NCBI GenBank assembly: GCA_029862975.1
Contig: JAOTWP010000002.1
Span: 26,287 to 90,286, forward strand
DNA length: 64,000 bases
Source of the DNA: Acidobacteriota bacterium
GTDB taxonomy: Bacteria > Acidobacteriota > Thermoanaerobaculia > Multivoradales > JAHEKO01
Direction: 5' to 3'
Of the stretch, positions 1 to 11,546 are shown piece after piece. The notes under the pieces were generated by a model. That model was not told the origin of the DNA. It saw only the letters and a program-made list of their open reading frames with translations, and did no database searches. Position numbers and translations under genes: made by a program. How positions within the stretch are numbered: position 1 is the stretch's first letter; each line of letters begins with the position of its first letter.

Positions 1-1170
1 CTCCTCGAGACCCTGCTCGGGCGGACCTTCGATCTGCTCCGCCCCGAAGAGGCGGTGATCGTGCTCCGCGAACCGGACGGGAGCTTTCGCCAGGCCGCCC
101 GGAAGACCGCCAAGGGCTACGAAGAGCACCACCTGCTGTCGCAGACCCTGATCCGCGAGGTCGCCGACAACGGGCAGGCGGCGCTCGTTCTCGACGTCGC
201 CCGCGACGACCGGTTCGCGCAGGCGGAGAGCATCCTGGACGCCGGAGTGCGCAGCCTGATCGCGGCGCCGCTGGCCGACGCCGAAGGCTCGCTCGGCATG
301 ATCGCGCTGAACTCGCGTCTCCACCGCCACCGCTTCAACGAAGCCGACATGGAGCTCCTGACCTCCCTCGGGTCCGTCGCCGCGCTGCGGCTGCGCAACC
401 TCGAGCTGGCGGAGGAGGCGGCCGAGCGCCGGCGCCTGGAAGACGAAGTGCGCCTCGCGCGCACGATCCAGCTCGCCCTGCTGCCCAGCGAGCTGCCCAC
501 TCTCGAAGGCTACGAGCTGCACGGCGCGACCGAGCCCTCGCAAGGCGTGTCCGGCGACTTCTTCGAGGTCGTGGAAGGCGCCGACGGCGCGACCTGCTTC
601 TTCGTCGTGACGGACGTCTCGGGCAAGGGCATCAGCGCCTCGCTCCTGACCGCCTCCATCGAGGCCCTGCTGGCCGGCCCCCTGGAGGCCGGGCTCGAGC
701 CCGACCGCATCTGCGCCGAGGTCTCCAAGCGGCTCTGGGACCGGACCTCGGCGGCCAAGTACGCCACCGCCCTGCTGGTGCGCCTGGAACCGGCCTCCGG
801 AGCCCTCACCTACGCCAACGCCGGGCACAATCCGGCTCTCGTCGTTCGCGCTGCGGGCGAGAGCGAGGCGCTCGCCGCCAGCGGGCCGCCGATCGGCCTG
901 CTGCCGACGCCGGAGTTCGCGAGCCGGCGCGCGGACTTAGGGGCGGGCGACCTCCTGGTCCTCTACACCGACGGCATCACGGAGGCCGCGAACCCGGCGG
1001 GAGAGGAGTTCGGCCTCGAGCGCCTGCGCGAGATCTGCCTGGCGCTGCGCGCGGCGCCCCTCGAGGACCTCGACGCGGCCGTCAACCGCGCCCTGCTGGA
1101 CTTCGCCGCGGGCGAGCCGTTCGCGGACGACCGCACCCTGGTACTGTTGCGCCGCCGGCCCGGCCGCTAG
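1..1170 (+). CDS. 5'-truncated GAF-domain / PP2C-family (SpoIIE/RsbU-like) serine phosphatase; the frame is open from nt 1.
   Basis: Translation has an N-terminal GAF-like region followed by PP2C/SpoIIE motifs (GVSGDFFEV, FFVVTDVSGKGISASLL, LVLYTDGITEA). The frame continues upstream of the first ATG at 55 to the window edge. GC3 is high. Confidence 0.75.
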   Translation, partial: LLETLLGRTFDLLRPEEAVIVLREPDGSFRQAARKTAKGYEEHHLLSQTLIREVADNGQAALVLDVARDDRFAQAESILDAGVRSLIAAPLADAEGSLGMIALNSRLHRHRFNEADMELLTSLGSVAALRLRNLELAEEAAERRRLEDEVRLARTIQLALLPSELPTLEGYELHGATEPSQGVSGDFFEVVEGADGATCFFVVTDVSGKGISASLLTASIEALLAGPLEAGLEPDRICAEVSKRLWDRTSAAKYATALLVRLEPASGALTYANAGHNPALVVRAAGESEALAASGPPIGLLPTPEFASRRADLGAGDLLVLYTDGITEAANPAGEEFGLERLREICLALRAAPLEDLDAAVNRALLDFAAGEPFADDRTLVLLRRRPGR

Positions 1171-1192
1171 CCCGGGCTGCGGAAACCCCAAG

Positions 1193-1678
1193 ATGGCGAC
1201 GGACCCACGAACGCTCAAGAGGCTCGCGGAACGCGGCGTCCACTACTGCCGCCAGGGCGATTGGGACACGGGCATGGCCTGCCTGGCGCGCGTCGCCGAG
1301 GCCGACGCCGGCGGCGCGGAGCTGCCCTCGCTCTTCTATTCGTACCTCGGCTTCGGCATCGCCTATCGCGAGCGCCGGGTCCGCGAGGGCATCGAGCTGT
1401 GCCGCCGCGCCTGCCACCTGAGCTTCTACGAGCCGGAGAACTTCGTGAACCTGGCCCGCACGTGCCTGCTGGCCGGCAACCGCGGCGAAGCCTACCGCGC
1501 CATCGAGCGCGGCTACGCGCTCGACCCGGAGGAGCCGGCCCTGAGCAAGCTCCACGCCAAGCTCGGCGTGCGCCGGGCGCCGGTGCTGCGCTTTCTCGAG
1601 CGCCGGCACCCGATCAACCGGCTGCTGGGCCGCTTCCGCCACGGCCTGACCCGCGCCTCGGCCGCGGCCGCCGCCTGA
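1193..1678 (+). CDS. TPR-like repeat protein, hypothetical.
   Basis: 161-aa ORF with high GC3 and helical repeat character (AYRAIERGYALDPEEPALSKL). It converges on lpdA. No recognisable catalytic motif. Confidence 0.5.
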   Translation: MATDPRTLKRLAERGVHYCRQGDWDTGMACLARVAEADAGGAELPSLFYSYLGFGIAYRERRVREGIELCRRACHLSFYEPENFVNLARTCLLAGNRGEAYRAIERGYALDPEEPALSKLHAKLGVRRAPVLRFLERRHPINRLLGRFRHGLTRASAAAAA

Positions 1679-1684
1679 CGCGCC

Positions 1685-3442
1685 TCAGCCCGGCGGCCGG
1701 CGCCGCGGCAGGTAGAGGTCGGTGATCGTGCCCTCGAACGCCTCGGCCGCCAGCCCCACCGTCTCCGCCAGGGTGGGGTGGGGGTGGACGGTCAACGCCA
1801 GGTCGGCCGCCTCGCAGTCCATCTCGATGGCCAGGGCGAGCTCCGCGACGAGCTCGCCGGCGTTGGGGCCGACGATGCCGGCGCCCAGCAGTCGCTTCGT
1901 CGCGGGATCGAAGAGCAGCTTCGTCGCGCCCTCGCGGCGGCCCATGGCGAGCGACCGGCCGCTCGCCGACCAGGGAAACTTGCCGGTCTCGTAGGCCACG
2001 CCGCTCGCCCTGGCGTCCGTCTCGGTCAGCCCCACCCAGGCCACCTCCGGATCCGTGTAGGCGACCGCGGGGATGACGCGGGCGTCGAAGCCGCTCTTCT
2101 CGCCCGCCGCCACCTCGGCCGCGACCCGCGCCTCGTGGGTGGCCTTGTGGGCGAGCATCGGCAGGCCGGTCAGGTCGCCGACGGCGAAGATGTGGCGCAC
2201 GTTGGTCCGCCGCTCCCGGTCGACCGGGACGAAGCCGCGGCCGTCGACCTCGATGCCCGCGGCCGCGGCGCCGATCCGGTCGCCGTTGGGGCGCCGCCCG
2301 ACCGCCACGAGCAGGCGATCGAAGATCGCCGGCGCCGGGGCGCGCTCGCCTTCGAAGCGGACCTCGAGGCCGTCCTCCCGCGCCACGGCCGCCGCCACGC
2401 CCGTCGACACCAGGATCTCGGCGCCGTAGCTGCCGCGCAGCCGCTTCTCGAGCGGCCGCACCAGATCGCGGTCGCAGCCGGGGATGAGCCCGTCCTCGAG
2501 CTCGACGACCGTCACGGCCGAGCCCAGCGCCCCGTAGACGGTCGCCATCTCCAATCCGATGACGCCGCCGCCCACGATGAGGAGTCTCGCCGGCACGTCC
2601 GCGAGCTCGAGGGCGGTCGTCGAATCGAGGACCCGGGGATCGTCGTAGGGGATGCCGGGGATGCGCGCCACCCGCGAGCCGACGGCCAGGATCGCCTGCT
2701 CGAAGCGGACCGTGCGCCGGCCGTCCGCTGCCTCGACGGCGAGAGTGTGCGGGTCGATCAGCTCGCCGACGCCCTGGACGATCTCCACTCCGCGGCGCTT
2801 GGCCATGCCGGCGATGCCGCCCGTGAGCTGGGCCACGACCGAGTCCTTCCAGCCGCGCAGCCGCTCGAGGTCGATCTTCGGCTCGCCGAAGTCGATGCCG
2901 CGCTCCCGGAACTCGGCCGCCTCGTCGAGGACCCGCGCGGCATGGAGCAGCGCCTTCGACGGGATGCAGCCGACGTTCAGGCAGACGCCGCCGAGGGTCG
3001 CGTAGCGCTCGACGAGCGTCACCTTCTTGCCCAGATCGGCGGCCCGGAAAGCCGCGGTGTAGCCGCCCGGGCCCGAGCCCAGCACGACCACCTCGGTGGC
3101 CATCTCGGCGCCCGGGTCCGCCGCGGCCTGCCGGGTCTCGGCGGCAGGCTCTTCCGCCGCCTTCGGGGTCGCGGGCGGCGGCTCGAGGCCAGCCGTGGCG
3201 GCCTCCTCATCGAGCCGCGCGATCGGATCGCCCGCGGCCACCGTGTCGCCGATGCCGACCAGGAGCTCGCGCACGACGCCGGCGGCCGTCGCCGGGACGT
3301 CCATCGAGGCCTTGTCGCTCTCGAGGGTGACGAGACCGTCGTCGGCCGCCACGCGGTCGCCGACCGCCACCAGGAGCTCGACGACCGTGACCCCCGCGAC
3401 GTCGCCGAGGTCGGGAACCCGGATCTCGCGCAGCGCGCTCAC
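1685..3442 (-). CDS. lpdA: Dihydrolipoyl dehydrogenase (E3) with an N-terminal lipoyl domain.
   Basis: N-terminal lipoyl motif LESDKASMDVPA. Then FAD/NAD dinucleotide-binding GSGPGGY and the redox-active disulfide GGVCLNVGCIPSK. C-terminal dimerisation HPHPTLAE motif. It is the last gene of the aceE-aceF-lpdA operon. Confidence 0.9.
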   Translation of the reverse strand: MSALREIRVPDLGDVAGVTVVELLVAVGDRVAADDGLVTLESDKASMDVPATAAGVVRELLVGIGDTVAAGDPIARLDEEAATAGLEPPPATPKAAEEPAAETRQAAADPGAEMATEVVVLGSGPGGYTAAFRAADLGKKVTLVERYATLGGVCLNVGCIPSKALLHAARVLDEAAEFRERGIDFGEPKIDLERLRGWKDSVVAQLTGGIAGMAKRRGVEIVQGVGELIDPHTLAVEAADGRRTVRFEQAILAVGSRVARIPGIPYDDPRVLDSTTALELADVPARLLIVGGGVIGLEMATVYGALGSAVTVVELEDGLIPGCDRDLVRPLEKRLRGSYGAEILVSTGVAAAVAREDGLEVRFEGERAPAPAIFDRLLVAVGRRPNGDRIGAAAAGIEVDGRGFVPVDRERRTNVRHIFAVGDLTGLPMLAHKATHEARVAAEVAAGEKSGFDARVIPAVAYTDPEVAWVGLTETDARASGVAYETGKFPWSASGRSLAMGRREGATKLLFDPATKRLLGAGIVGPNAGELVAELALAIEMDCEAADLALTVHPHPTLAETVGLAAEAFEGTITDLYLPRRRPPG

Positions 3443-3455
3443 CCGCCGTCGCCAC

Positions 3456-4796
3456 TCACAGCAGCAGCCGCCTCAGGTCGGAGAGCACGGTCGCCAGGTA
3501 GGTCGTGAACCGGACCCCGAGGGCGCCGTCGACCACCCGGTGGTCGTAGGAGAGCGAGAGGGGCAGCATCAGGCGGGGGCGGAACTCGCCGCCGTCCCAG
3601 ACGGGCTGCCAGCGGGCGCGGCCGACGCCGAGGATGGCGACCTCCGGAGTGTTGACGATCGGCGTGAAGTGGCTGCCGCCGATGCCGCCGAGGCTCGAGA
3701 TCGTGAAGCTCGCGCCGCGCAGCTGGTCCGGCTTGAGCTTGCCGTCCCGCGTGGCGGCGCTGACCGCTCCGAGCTCCGCCGCCAGCTCGAGGAGCCCCTT
3801 CGTGTCGACGTCGCGGATCACCGGCACCATCAGTCCGTCGGCCGTGTCGACGGCGATGCCGAGGTGGTAGTACGACTTGAGGATCAGGTGCTCGCCGTCC
3901 GGGTCGAGCGAGGCGTTGACGGCCGGAAACTCCGCGAGCGCGGCGACGCTCGCCTTCATGAGGAACGCGAGCGGGGTGAGCTTGACCCCGCGCTCCGCGG
4001 CGGCTGCGGCCTCGCTCTTGCGGAACGCCTCCATTTCGGTCACGTCCGCCCAGTCGTGCTGGGTGACGTGGGGGGCGTGGAGCCAGCTGCGCTGCAGGCT
4101 CGGTCCGGCGATCCTCTGGATCCGGGTGAGCGGGCGGCGCTCGATCGGCCCGAAGCGGGAGAAGTCGACGATCGGCATGTCCGGCAGCGCCGCGCCGCGG
4201 CCGGGGGCGGCCAGCTCCCCCTTGACGAAGGCCTCGACGTCTTCCTTGAGGATCCTCGCCTTGCGCCCGGTGCCGCGAACGCGCGCGAGGTCCACCCCGA
4301 GCTGGCGGGCGAAGCGGCGCACGGCGGGCGAGGCGTAGACCTGGGTCGGGTCCTCGTCGATGGCGGCCGGCGGCGGCGCCACGGCCGCGAGGCGGGCCGG
4401 CACCGCCGCCGCGGGAGCGGGAGCGAGCTCGGGGGCGGGCTCCGGCGCCGCGGCCTCGGGACCGAGGGCGGGGCCGGGCTCCGGCGCCGCGGCCTCGGGG
4501 TCGGGGGCGGGGCCGGGCTCCGGCGCCGCGGCCTTCCCGGGCGCGGCCGGCGGCGGGGCGCTCGGCTCGAGCGTCAGGATCAGGTCGCCCTCGCCGACCC
4601 GGTCTCCCGCCTTGACCTTGACGTCGTGGACCTTGCCCGCCCGCGGTGACGGCACGTCCATGGAGGCCTTGTCGCTCTCGAGGGTGACGAGGCCGTCGTC
4701 GACCGCCACCTCGTCCCCCGGGGAGACGAGGACCTCCACGACGTCGGCCGGCTCGCCGCCGATGTCGGGAATCACGATCCGTTCGAGATCAGGCAC
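3456..4796 (-). CDS. aceF: Dihydrolipoamide acetyltransferase (E2) of the pyruvate dehydrogenase complex.
   Basis: Single N-terminal lipoyl domain (LESDKASMDVPSP). Ala/Pro-rich linker and subunit-binding domain. C-terminal catalytic domain ending SLSYDHRVVDGA (the catalytic DHR motif). Lies 51 nt downstream of aceE and 13 nt upstream of lpdA. Confidence 0.9.
   Translation of the reverse strand: MPDLERIVIPDIGGEPADVVEVLVSPGDEVAVDDGLVTLESDKASMDVPSPRAGKVHDVKVKAGDRVGEGDLILTLEPSAPPPAAPGKAAAPEPGPAPDPEAAAPEPGPALGPEAAAPEPAPELAPAPAAAVPARLAAVAPPPAAIDEDPTQVYASPAVRRFARQLGVDLARVRGTGRKARILKEDVEAFVKGELAAPGRGAALPDMPIVDFSRFGPIERRPLTRIQRIAGPSLQRSWLHAPHVTQHDWADVTEMEAFRKSEAAAAAERGVKLTPLAFLMKASVAALAEFPAVNASLDPDGEHLILKSYYHLGIAVDTADGLMVPVIRDVDTKGLLELAAELGAVSAATRDGKLKPDQLRGASFTISSLGGIGGSHFTPIVNTPEVAILGVGRARWQPVWDGGEFRPRLMLPLSLSYDHRVVDGALGVRFTTYLATVLSDLRRLLL
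4431..4540. repeat. About three tandem copies of a ~37-nt unit inside aceF, encoding the Ala/Pro-rich interdomain linker.
   Basis: Near-identical units gggcgggctccggcgccgcggcctcggg... repeat three times. On the coding strand they give the APEPGPA... linker of E2. Confidence 0.5.
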
Positions 4797-4847
4797 GGAC
4801 GCCGATCTCCCCTTGGCGGCGGCGCGGCGGGCTGCCGGCGCTCGCGC

Positions 4848-7529
<2,682 letters not shown>

Positions 7530-7683
7530 GGATCAACTCCCAGAGACGCGCGGATCCGAGGCCCCGGGCCCGCTCGCCAGGCCGTGAACCGCGCATTCTA
7601 CGCTCTCGACGAGACCGTGGGTGCGCAGACCCCCTCGGTCGGGTCGCGTACCCCGGCCCGACCGCTCCCTGCCGCGCGTGGTT

Positions 7684-8169
7684 CTATGCGATCGGCTCGC
7701 CGATGTCCTCGTTCCAGACCTCGGGATGAAGCTCGATGAAGCCGGCCAGCAGCTCGACGCACTCCCGCGACTCGAGGTCGACGACCTCGACCCCGTGGCG
7801 CCGCAGCCACTCGATGCCACCCGCGAAGTTCTCGGACTCGCCGACGACCACGGCGCCGATCCCGAACTGGCGCACGAGCCCGCTGCAGTACCAGCACGGG
7901 GCCAGGGTCGTGACCATGATCGTGTCGCGGTAGCTGGTCTGGCGCCCCGCCTTGCGGAAAGCGTCGGTCTCGCCGTGGATCGACGGATCGCCCTCCTGGA
8001 CGCGGCGGTTGCGGCCGCGGCCCAGCAGCCGTCCCGCACGGTCGAAGAGGGCCGCGCCGATGGGGATGCCGCCCTCCGCCAGGCCGAGCCTGGCCTCCTC
8101 GATCGCCACCGCGAGCATCGCCGTGTAGTCGGGGCGGTCGTAGCGGCGGTCGTCGGGGCTCATGCGCAT
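7684..8169 (-). CDS. Cytosine deaminase of the yeast Fcy1 / CDA-fold type.
   Basis: Zinc ligand motifs HGETDAF and TLAPCWYCSG (HxE ... PCxxC). The C-terminal HPEVWNEDIGE closely matches the Fcy1 C-terminus RPQDWFEDIGE. 161 aa. Confidence 0.75.
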   Translation of the reverse strand: MRMSPDDRRYDRPDYTAMLAVAIEEARLGLAEGGIPIGAALFDRAGRLLGRGRNRRVQEGDPSIHGETDAFRKAGRQTSYRDTIMVTTLAPCWYCSGLVRQFGIGAVVVGESENFAGGIEWLRRHGVEVVDLESRECVELLAGFIELHPEVWNEDIGEPIA

Positions 8170-8206
8170 CTCCTCCTCGCGAGGCGGCCGGCGACGGCGT
8201 TCGCCG

Positions 8207-8623
8207 TCAGCTGGCGGCCACGCACTGCGCCGGGGGCCCGCCGCCGCAGACGCACGTCACGTCCGGCGCGCAGTAGCACACCGCCGGCACGAAGGTGCAG
8301 CCCTCGCCGACGCACGCCTCGGCGGTCGCCGAGCTCTGCACGAAGCCCTCTTCGCAGGCGCTCGCGGGCTCGGCGCAGTAGTAGGTCTTGTCCTCGGCCT
8401 GGCGCAGCGTGCAGTCGCTCGAGTCGAGGCAGGCCAGCTCGTCCCTGGCGTCGCAAGCGACCTGCCTGGGGGCCTCGACCGGCGGTTGGGTGACGTCCGG
8501 CGGGGGCGATCCGTTCGAGCCGGCCGATCCGCAGGCCAGCAAAAGCCAGCCCACTGCGACGACCTCCAACACCGCCCAAGCCGCCATCGCGATCGACCCC
8601 CAACCCGGTCTGTTGCCGGCCAT
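8207..8623 (-). CDS. Cysteine-rich secreted lipoprotein, hypothetical.
   Basis: Signal peptide with lipobox LLLACGS. 17 Cys in 138 aa. High GC3. An alternative start lies at 8587. Confidence 0.5.
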   Translation of the reverse strand: MAGNRPGWGSIAMAAWAVLEVVAVGWLLLACGSAGSNGSPPPDVTQPPVEAPRQVACDARDELACLDSSDCTLRQAEDKTYYCAEPASACEEGFVQSSATAEACVGEGCTFVPAVCYCAPDVTCVCGGGPPAQCVAAS

Positions 8624-8655
8624 GCCCTCGAGTGTACCGCGCTACGAGAGCTACC

Positions 8656-9258
8656 TCACCCTGCCTTGCGCACGACCCAGGTAGTCATGCAGCGCAGGTC
8701 CTGGACGACGGTCGTCTTGAGCGGGTCGAGCAGGGCGCCGCCGAGCTCGGCCGTCAGTGACATCAGCATCGGCTCGTCGACGACGTAGCGCTCCGTGCCG
8801 TCGGGCAGTGCGAAGCGCCTCCCGCCGAGGGTCCGAAAGCGACCCTCCATCCCGATGGTCGAAGCCAGCCGGCAGAAGAAGAGACCGCCCCGCGCCAGCA
8901 CGCGCCAGGATCCCGCCAGCATGGCCCGGAACTCCTCGTCGCCGGCTGCGAAGTGCAGCACGGCACTCGAGATCACGACGTCGGCGCACGCGTCGGGGAA
9001 GGTCATCGCCGTGAGAGGCTCGGCGCGGAAGTTCTCCTCGGGAAGAGCGGGCGCCAGCTCCCGGGCCAAGGCGCGCACCACGCCCACGGCCTCTGGGTCG
9101 CCGTCGGCGCCCATCACCTCGTAGCCGGCGGCCAGCAGGTAGCGAAGGTTGCGCCCTCGGCCGCAGCCCGCGTCGAAGATTCGCATCCCCGGCGCGATCC
9201 GGCCGCGCACCAGCTGGTCGAAGAGATAGATGTCGAGGCCGGCGAAGCGTTGGGGCAT
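8656..9258 (-). CDS. Class I SAM-dependent methyltransferase.
   Basis: Motif I IFDAGCGRGRN, an acidic-residue loop YEVMGAD, and post-II motif LARGGLFF. Confidence 0.7.
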   Translation of the reverse strand: MPQRFAGLDIYLFDQLVRGRIAPGMRIFDAGCGRGRNLRYLLAAGYEVMGADGDPEAVGVVRALARELAPALPEENFRAEPLTAMTFPDACADVVISSAVLHFAAGDEEFRAMLAGSWRVLARGGLFFCRLASTIGMEGRFRTLGGRRFALPDGTERYVVDEPMLMSLTAELGGALLDPLKTTVVQDLRCMTTWVVRKAG

Positions 9259-9340
9259 CAGACCGGCATGCTACCTCCGAGGCGTTCAAGAGCGGCGTGC
9301 GTACCGCCGTCGTGCTCGTGGCGAGCAAGCTCGTCCCCCG

Positions 9341-9517
9341 GCGGTGTTCGCGGCCGGCGAGTACAAGAACCCCAAGCGCGACCTGCCGTTCGCCCTCGTG
9401 CTCCACATCGCCTTGATCACCGCTCTCTACCTCACCGCGCAGTGGGTGGCGGTCGGCACCCTCGACCACGCCGCGGACTCCGCCACGCCGCTGGCCGATG
9501 GACGGGCACGGCTATGA
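9341..9517 (+). pseudogene. Internal fragment (~55 aa) of an APC-superfamily amino-acid transporter; gene remnant.
   Basis: GEYKNPKRDLPFALVLHIALITALYLTAQWVAVGTL...SATPLAD is the characteristic NPxRDLP region plus a TM helix of APC permeases. Only this fragment is present. No start context is seen, and it sits between two unrelated methyltransferase genes. Confidence 0.4.
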
Positions 9518-9580
9518 TCGGCGGATGACGAATCGCGAGCGATCAGGCTGCGATCAGCGCAGGCCCGTGTCCTCTGACCG

Positions 9581-10438
9581 GTGCTGACGATCGACCGCTT
9601 CTCCAACCAGCACGAATACCGTGAGTTCTGTCGGCGGTCCGAGCCGGAGCTACGTCGCCGGTTCCGGCTCGAGCAGCGGTTGGCCGCAGGCCAGCTGCCG
9701 TTCACGGTGGCCGGCCACTGCGACATCTGCGCGCGGGAGGTCGCTTTTGCCGTCGACTTCGAAGCGGCCGGGGGGGTCTCGCCAGAATGCGTGCCGAACT
9801 GGCGCGAACGGGTGATCTGTCCCAGCTGCGGTCTCAACGCGAGGATGCGAGCCGCGGTGTGCATGGCGAAGGCACACCTTCCTCACGACCAGGGACCGAT
9901 CTACGTCACCGAGAGGAAGACCCCTCTGTTCGCGGCTCTCGAGTCCCTCGGCTGGAACATCGTCGGCAGCGAGTATCTCGGCGATCAGGTCGAGCTGGGC
10001 GGCCGCGACGCGACCGGTGTCCGCAACGAAGACCTGACCCGTCTGACCTTCCCGTCCGGGAGCTTCGGGGGAGTCATCAGTCTCGACGTCCTCGAGCACG
10101 TACCAGACTACGGCAGCGCCCTGGGCGAGCTCGCAAGGGTCCTCGTCGAGGGAGGAGGACTCCTGTTGAGCGCGCCGTTTCGCGCTGACCGAACCCGGCA
10201 CCTGGTACGGGCACGACGCGCAGACGACGAGATCGAATACCTCGAGCCGCCCGAGCACCACGACGACCCGACCGATCCGGCCGGTTGCCTGGCCTGGTAT
10301 CACTTCGGCTGGGAGATCCTCGAGAACCTCCGCGCGGCCGGTTTCTCGGGCGCGAGAGCCTGCCTCTACTGGTCGGAGCGCCTCGGCTGCTTCGGACCGG
10401 AGCAGTTCCTGTTCGAAGCCATGAAGACCCCGAGGTAG
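9581..10438 (+). CDS. Methyltransferase with an N-terminal Cys4 zinc-ribbon (TcaB9-like architecture).
   Basis: N-terminal CDIC...CPSC pair. Class I MTase core with FGGVISLDVLEHVPD. 40 nt upstream of the radical SAM pair. Confidence 0.65.
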   Translation: MLTIDRFSNQHEYREFCRRSEPELRRRFRLEQRLAAGQLPFTVAGHCDICAREVAFAVDFEAAGGVSPECVPNWRERVICPSCGLNARMRAAVCMAKAHLPHDQGPIYVTERKTPLFAALESLGWNIVGSEYLGDQVELGGRDATGVRNEDLTRLTFPSGSFGGVISLDVLEHVPDYGSALGELARVLVEGGGLLLSAPFRADRTRHLVRARRADDEIEYLEPPEHHDDPTDPAGCLAWYHFGWEILENLRAAGFSGARACLYWSERLGCFGPEQFLFEAMKTPR

Positions 10439-10478
10439 GGAGGCCGAGAGGAGGAGGTAGACTCGGGGGATCTCCACG

Positions 10479-11546
10479 ATGTCCGATCGCGCTCAGACTG
10501 ACCTGCCGACCTGCGCCGACAGCTCGGACGACCGTCCATTCTGCGAAGCCCCCTTTCGCAAGTTGCTCGTCGCAGGTGACAAGCAGGCCTACCTGTGCTG
10601 CTGGGCGCCACAGGCGATCGGCGATCTCACGCAACAGACTTCCGAGGAAGCCTGGAACTCCAGCCGGGCGCAGGACTTCAGGGCGTCGATTCACGATGGA
10701 ACCTTCAGGTACTGCGACCGGGGGCTTTGCCCGTGGCTTCAGGCCGACAGGCTTCCCCGGCGCTCCGAGGTTGCCGACCCGTACCTCGCCGGGCTCATCG
10801 CTTCTGGCGCCACCGAGATCAGCGCGGGCTTCTCCGAGCTGCTGCTGGGCTACGACCGAAGCTGCAACCTCGCCTGCCCGTCCTGCCGCCCCGGGCTCCA
10901 CTCCGCCGGAGGCGACGAGCTCGACCAGATCCTGGCGGTCCACGAGAACGTCGTCGGTGACCGCCTCCAGAACCTGCACGGCCTCGAGAAGCTGTTCGTC
11001 TCGGTCGACGGCGACGCCTTCACCAGCCGCGTCTACCGCGACCTGCTGTTCGAGATGAAGGCCGCGGACTTCCCGGAACTGCGGATTCGAATCATGACCA
11101 ACGGGCTGCTGTTTACGCCGCGGATGTGGGAGCGACTGGCCGGAATCCGCGATTGCATCAAGGAGGTCGTGATCTCGATCGACGCCGCAACGCCGGAGAC
11201 CTACGAGATCGTGCGCAAGGGGGGTAGCTTCGCTGTCGTGCTCGAGAATCTCCGATTCCTCGGCAAGCTCTACCGCGATGGACGCCTGGCCGGGCTTTCG
11301 ATCACCTTCGTCGTCCAGCGGGTCAACTACCGAGAGATGCGGCCGTTCGCGGAGCTGGGTGCGAGCATTCCCTGCGGCGTCACGTTCATCAAGATGATGA
11401 ATCCGGGCCACATTCCCCTCGGCGAGTTCGTGCACGACCCCGCGCATCCGGAGCACGCGGACTTGTTGGAGACCTTGAAGGACCCGATCTTGCGGACGTC
11501 GTCGGTGAACGTCGACGCTTTCGCGGACCTGCTCGCCGTGCGATGA
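10479..11546 (+). CDS. Radical SAM enzyme with an N-terminal Cys-rich SPASM-like domain.
   Basis: CX3CX2C radical SAM motif CNLACPSC at about residues 128-135. An N-terminal Cys cluster C..C...CCW...WN...C..CPW precedes it. Its stop overlaps the start of the next gene (ATGA at 11543-11546). Confidence 0.7.
   Translation: MSDRAQTDLPTCADSSDDRPFCEAPFRKLLVAGDKQAYLCCWAPQAIGDLTQQTSEEAWNSSRAQDFRASIHDGTFRYCDRGLCPWLQADRLPRRSEVADPYLAGLIASGATEISAGFSELLLGYDRSCNLACPSCRPGLHSAGGDELDQILAVHENVVGDRLQNLHGLEKLFVSVDGDAFTSRVYRDLLFEMKAADFPELRIRIMTNGLLFTPRMWERLAGIRDCIKEVVISIDAATPETYEIVRKGGSFAVVLENLRFLGKLYRDGRLAGLSITFVVQRVNYREMRPFAELGASIPCGVTFIKMMNPGHIPLGEFVHDPAHPEHADLLETLKDPILRTSSVNVDAFADLLAVR

Noticed and set aside
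1660-1710. GC-rich imperfect inverted repeat between convergent TPR and lpdA genes as a bidirectional terminator.
   Set aside because: The stem is imperfect and there is no U-tract on either strand. Not reported as a terminator.
1778-3508. 576-aa + strand ORF (and the 118-aa and 117-aa ORFs) antisense to lpdA.
   Set aside because: It has Arg/Gly/Asp-rich low-complexity translation typical of an alternative frame of high-GC coding DNA. The opposite strand encodes a well-supported Lpd.
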